From NCBI GenBank assembly GCA_036555615.1, contig DATBKZ010000034.1:84246-148245 (forward strand): DNA of 64,000 nt. Direction: 5' to 3'. The first letter of the stretch is position 1, and each line of letters starts with the position of its first letter. Made by a program: the position numbers and the translations under genes. This DNA is from Burkholderiales bacterium (GTDB lineage: Bacteria > Pseudomonadota > Gammaproteobacteria > Burkholderiales > SG8-41). Below are positions 63,906 to 64,000 of the stretch, piece after piece. Below the pieces are notes generated by a model, which saw only the letters and a program-made list of their open reading frames with translations, ran no database searches and had not been told where the DNA came from.

Positions 63906-64000
63906 CTGTGCCCCGACAACGCTGACTGGCGCGCGGCGCGGACCGGGCCCGCCTCGCGCTCCGCGCGCCATCATGGTAGAAGTTCGCCTGTGAGCCCTGC

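Noticed and set aside
63240-63974. 244-aa minus-strand ORF
   Set aside because: It is antisense to the LysR regulator and has low-complexity, Arg-rich composition.
1-64000. Search for tRNA/rRNA genes, CRISPR arrays, IS elements, integrases, toxin-antitoxin pairs or known defence-system genes
   Set aside because: No intergenic region longer than 70 bp contains a T-loop-like GTTCGAATC motif. I saw no tandem spaced repeats, no transposase-, integrase- or phage-like translations, and no compositionally foreign islands apart from the short AT-rich promoter stretches.

Overview
High-GC (about two-thirds G+C by eye) proteobacterial chromosomal window. Bug/TctC binding proteins and a phasin suggest a beta-proteobacterium, but this is an inference. 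It is densely packed with about 62 protein genes. I found no rRNA, tRNA, CRISPR, IS or prophage signatures. Layout: (1) 1-14245, a same-strand ion and osmotic homeostasis block: OtsA-like fragment, CPA2 antiporter, YbdK-type ligase plus C26 gamma-glutamyl hydrolase, NfeD-stomatin, CaCA exchanger, and a 10-gene Mrp/Mbh-like cluster with three antiporter-like subunits. (2) 14486-20320, a TRAP transporter-amidase-hydroxyacid dehydrogenase operon with an unlisted 55-aa ORF. (3) A PAS-GAF-GGDEF-EAL protein, CBS, CinA-like, phasin and HIT genes. (4) 26799-34055, an eight-gene minus-strand operon of unassigned function (creatininase-family, cupin, AhpD-like, two Gfo/Idh/MocA and others). (5) gluQ, ndh and a thioredoxin translationally coupled to an RND pump. 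(6) 44080-51113, a quinone/electrophile-stress block. (7) An AcrAB-OprM-like pump with a TetR regulator and an AcrR-type operator, then a LysR regulator. The most interesting observation is an in-frame TGA exactly at the catalytic-cysteine position of the rhodanese domain of a DedA-rhodanese fusion (47490-47492), followed by a SECIS-like hairpin. This makes it a candidate selenoprotein. Start codons were chosen manually and several are uncertain. All homology calls come from reading the translations, not from database searches.
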